Shown here piece after piece: positions 60,963-64,000 of a DNA stretch of 64,000 bases. Within the stretch, counting starts at the first letter, position 1. Each line of letters begins with the position of its first letter. Origin of the DNA: Emiliania huxleyi CCMP1516 (taxonomy: Eukaryota); NCBI RefSeq assembly GCF_000372725.1, contig NW_005202428.1:791331-855330 (forward strand), read 5' to 3'. The notes beneath the pieces were generated by a model. That model did not search any database, was not told the origin of the DNA, and saw only the letters and a list, made by a program, of their open reading frames with translations. The translations under genes were made by a program, and so were the position numbers.

Positions 60963-61900
60963 GGCTTGGGTTGGAAGGGTGGTTCTCGAGGTTCTCGAGG
61001 TGGATATCCTTTGGCCGCGTTGGGTCGGAAGGCGCCCAGAAACAAGGAAAAGAAAAAGATTGCGATACCGGACCACCCACGGTCGCCTTCGAGGAGTTGA
61101 AACCACGCCGTTGCCATCGACTCCCGCGAGAAATTTCTGGCCGGATTTGTGTGTCCCCCTCGACTGGGCTGATATGCTTACGTCCCGGCGAGGGGTCCCG
61201 TACCATGCGGAATCGACCCTATCCAGTGCTCAAGTGCTCAAGTGCGAGCGATGGTGGTGGGAAGCCGTCGGGAGATGCAGGGAAGGCGGATGGCGAGGCT
61301 CGGCCGGGCGGGCCGGACGGCGAGGCCAGGGGGAGCGTGCGTGACCGAACGGTCGGAGGGCTGCAGTGGCGCGGCGTTGGTGGAGGAAACTGTGACGGCG
61401 AAGACACACGGGCGCGAGAGTCGAGAGAGCTGCCGCGGCGACTGTTGTGCGATTTCGATTTTTACAGTTGTACATCGGCGACAATCTGCACACACCCACA
61501 CTAAGCTCTAAGGGCTAAGGACTTAAGGTGCCGCCACTCAGCACTTCTCAGTCGCGCGTGTCCTCATAGGGCGTTTTTTGGAGAGCCTTTTGCAGGTTGC
61601 GCCGCTTCGCTCACCTCAGAACGCACCACATCGTTCCTTCCCTTCGCGCCGTCCGCGGCGCAGGACGAGTCGAACTCGGCCCCGCAAAACTGGGGGTCGC
61701 CAGGTTTTTGGTGTTTCGCCAGGCGCAGCGCGATGCTGGCCGTGCTGACGCTGCGGCGCGTGAGCGCTGTGGTCGTCAGCTTCAAAGCCACCGCTGCCGA
61801 TGCCGAGCAAAGCACGATCAGGCTTCGCCGCTTGGCTAAAGAAGAAATCGACGGGCCGCACTTGGAGCACGCGGCCTGGAGTTGATTTCTTTTCCTCGCG

Positions 61901-63274
61901 ATGTCCTGCCCCGCGGCGCCGCTCGCCCGCCTCCTCGACCTCCCCACGGAGCTCCTCGTGCGCGCCCTCTCTCGCTGCGACCCCGCCGACATCGCTCGCG
62001 TCGCGGCCGTCTCGCTGCTCTTCCACGCCTCGCTTGCGCTGGAGGGCATCCGCTTGCGCCTGCAAGAGGCCGGCTACGAGCCGCCGGCGCAGCCAGAGGG
62101 CGAGAGCTGCGCCGTGCGGTGGCTGTGCTATTCGGCGCTGCTGCGCGAGGCCAGCCCGCCGGCGAGGGCGGCGGCAGGCACTTACCACAGCCTCTTCATC
62201 GACGGCGAGGGGCGGCTCTCGTCGTGCGGCTCGGCGCAGTCCTACCTTCCAGGGCTCCTCGGTCACGGCGAGAATGTGACGCAGCTCAACACGCCGACCC
62301 GCCTCCCTTCTCCGCTGGGCGGCGAGCGTGCTGTGAGCGTGTCGGCTGGAGCGTACCACAGCCTCGCCCTCGGCGCCGACGGCTCTGTCTGGAGCTGGGG
62401 CGATGGAGGCCTCGGCCAGCTGGGCCACGGCGACCAGCAGGAGCAGCTGGAGCCAAAGAAGATCGAGGCTTTGGCTGGCCAGCGTGTCGTCGCTGTGTCG
62501 GCTGGACAGTTCCACAGCATCGCCATCACCGTCGACGGCGCTGTCTGCAGCTGGGGCTATGGATACTTTGGCCGGTTGGGCCACGGCGACCAGGAGAACC
62601 AGCTGCTGCCCAAGAAGATCGAGGCCTTTAATGGGCAGCGTGTCGTCGCTGTGTCGGCTGGAACCGCGCACAGCCTCGCCATCACCGTCGACGGCGCTGT
62701 CTGCAGCTGGGGCTATGGATACTTTGGCCGGTTGGGCCACGGCGACCAGGAGACCCAGCTGCTGCCCAAGAAGATCGAGGCCTTTAATGGGCAGCGTGTC
62801 GTCGCCGTGTCGGCTGGAGATGGGTACAGCTTCGCCATCACCGCCGACGGCGCCGTCTGGAGCTGGGGCAGTGGAATTGGGGGCATGCTGGGCCACGGCG
62901 ATGGGCAGAACCAGCTGCTGCCCAAGAAAGTTGAGGCGTTTGCTGACCAGCGTGTCGTCGCCGTGTCGGTGGGAATGTCTCACAGCCTCGCCCTCACCGC
63001 CGACGGCGCTGTCTGGAGCTGGGGCGATGGAGGCTTTGGCAAGCTGGGCCACGGCGACGAGCAGAACCAGCTGCTGCCGAAGAAGATCGAGGCCTTGGCT
63101 GGCCAGCGCGTCGTCGCTGTGTCGGCTGCAGGCTTCCACAGCTTCGCCATCACCGTCGACGGCGCCGTCTTAGCCTGGGGCAGGGGCGAACACGGCTGCC
63201 TAGGCCACGGAGAGGACGTGACCAAGCAGCTGCTGCCCAAGAAGATCGAGGGGTGGGCGCAGCCGCAGGATTGA
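61901..63274 (+). CDS. F-box-like N-terminus plus RCC1-repeat protein (paralogue 2)
   Basis: Same architecture as 54036-55490, with high similarity. Confidence 0.92.
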   Translation: MSCPAAPLARLLDLPTELLVRALSRCDPADIARVAAVSLLFHASLALEGIRLRLQEAGYEPPAQPEGESCAVRWLCYSALLREASPPARAAAGTYHSLFIDGEGRLSSCGSAQSYLPGLLGHGENVTQLNTPTRLPSPLGGERAVSVSAGAYHSLALGADGSVWSWGDGGLGQLGHGDQQEQLEPKKIEALAGQRVVAVSAGQFHSIAITVDGAVCSWGYGYFGRLGHGDQENQLLPKKIEAFNGQRVVAVSAGTAHSLAITVDGAVCSWGYGYFGRLGHGDQETQLLPKKIEAFNGQRVVAVSAGDGYSFAITADGAVWSWGSGIGGMLGHGDGQNQLLPKKVEAFADQRVVAVSVGMSHSLALTADGAVWSWGDGGFGKLGHGDEQNQLLPKKIEALAGQRVVAVSAAGFHSFAITVDGAVLAWGRGEHGCLGHGEDVTKQLLPKKIEGWAQPQD

Positions 63275-63470
63275 CGTCATGAGGACACATGTGGAAAACT
63301 GGACATGCTGGATCTCTGTTAGTAGCGCCAGTCCCGTGCTTATTAGTGTTAAAGAAGATAGCTGTGCTAATCCTTGGAGTTTACGTTTCGGACTATGTCG
63401 CTGCCCTTGCTGGGGCTGCTTGCCGCCGCTGCCGCCGCCGCCGCCGCGCCTGGCCGAGTAGTTGTAGTAA

Positions 63471-64000
63471 ACCCCGTGCTAGCGGCGCGTGGAGTTCAGA
63501 TGCTCTCACGACCGGGCTGCACGGGGAGCCGGAAGGCACACACGAACACTGACGCCGCAAAAGGGGCTTGGCCCGAACCGTGGGCTGGCCTGCCTGCCCG
63601 GCAAGGCCGAGATACCTGGCTACGAGTGGAGAACCTGACGATCCGGAGCGGCGCAGTCAGGCCCGCTGTGCCCGCTGTGCCCGCTGTGCCCGCTGTGCCC
63701 GCTGTGCCCGCTGTGCCCGCTGTGCCCGCTGTGCCCGCTGTGCCCGCTGTGCCCGCTGTGCCCGCTGTGCCCGCTGTGCCCGCTGTGCCCGCTGTGCCCG
63801 CTGTGCCCGCAGACAGGTGGTGCTCTGGGCCTGGCCGAGTGGTGGTCGTGGTACACCCCGTGCTAGCGGCGCGTGGAGTTCAGATGCTCGCACGACCGGG
63901 CTGCACGGGGAGCCGGAAGGCAACCACTGACGCCGCAAGAGGGGCTTGGCCTGAACCGTGGGTTGGCCTGCCTGCCGAGCACGGCCGAGATACCTGTCTA
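63471..64000. repeat. Direct repeat with ~386 bp period enclosing a (GCCCGCTGT)n 9-mer array at 63661-63810
   Basis: 63471-63618 is repeated at ~63857-63996. Confidence 0.9.

Noticed and set aside
61616..63139. Long antisense ORFs (also 33512..34936, 1682..3019 and many others)
   Set aside because: Shadow frames expected in very GC-rich coding DNA; no domain motifs.

Overview
This is GC-rich, intron-containing eukaryotic DNA. Its style (10-11 bp tandem repeats inside introns, TGYKGV/AP2 repeat proteins, expanded ankyrin, Kelch and RCC1 families) suggests a haptophyte such as Emiliania/Gephyrocapsa huxleyi; this is inference. About 18 protein genes are present: RPA34-like, class II tRNA nucleotidyltransferase, a Rad23-like RING/SAP/UBA protein, ankyrin, secreted beta-helix, DHH-DHHA1-CBS, F-box-like, Kelch, papain-like protease, double CXXC, amino acid permease, DEAD-box helicase, an Ala/Glu-rich protein, an AP2-Myb-MBD-chromo-SET protein, two F-box-like/RCC1 paralogues, bestrophin and an LCM-type methyltransferase. 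There is also a tRNA-Ser(CGA) gene and many nested mobile elements, several with readable TIRs and TSDs. The most notable features are: (1) a 1.7 kb split-direct-repeat (A..BA..B, PAT/Ngaro-type) retroelement derivative whose only ORF is a cytosine-methyltransferase-like/DUF4326-like fusion, next to (2) a large multi-reader SET chromatin protein; (3) a tRNA-Ser locus littered with tRNA fragments and retro-insertions; (4) recurrent duplicated splice junctions with short-repeat filler; (5) a multi-level nested transposon stack. All exon structures and domain calls were made by eye, so boundaries are approximate.
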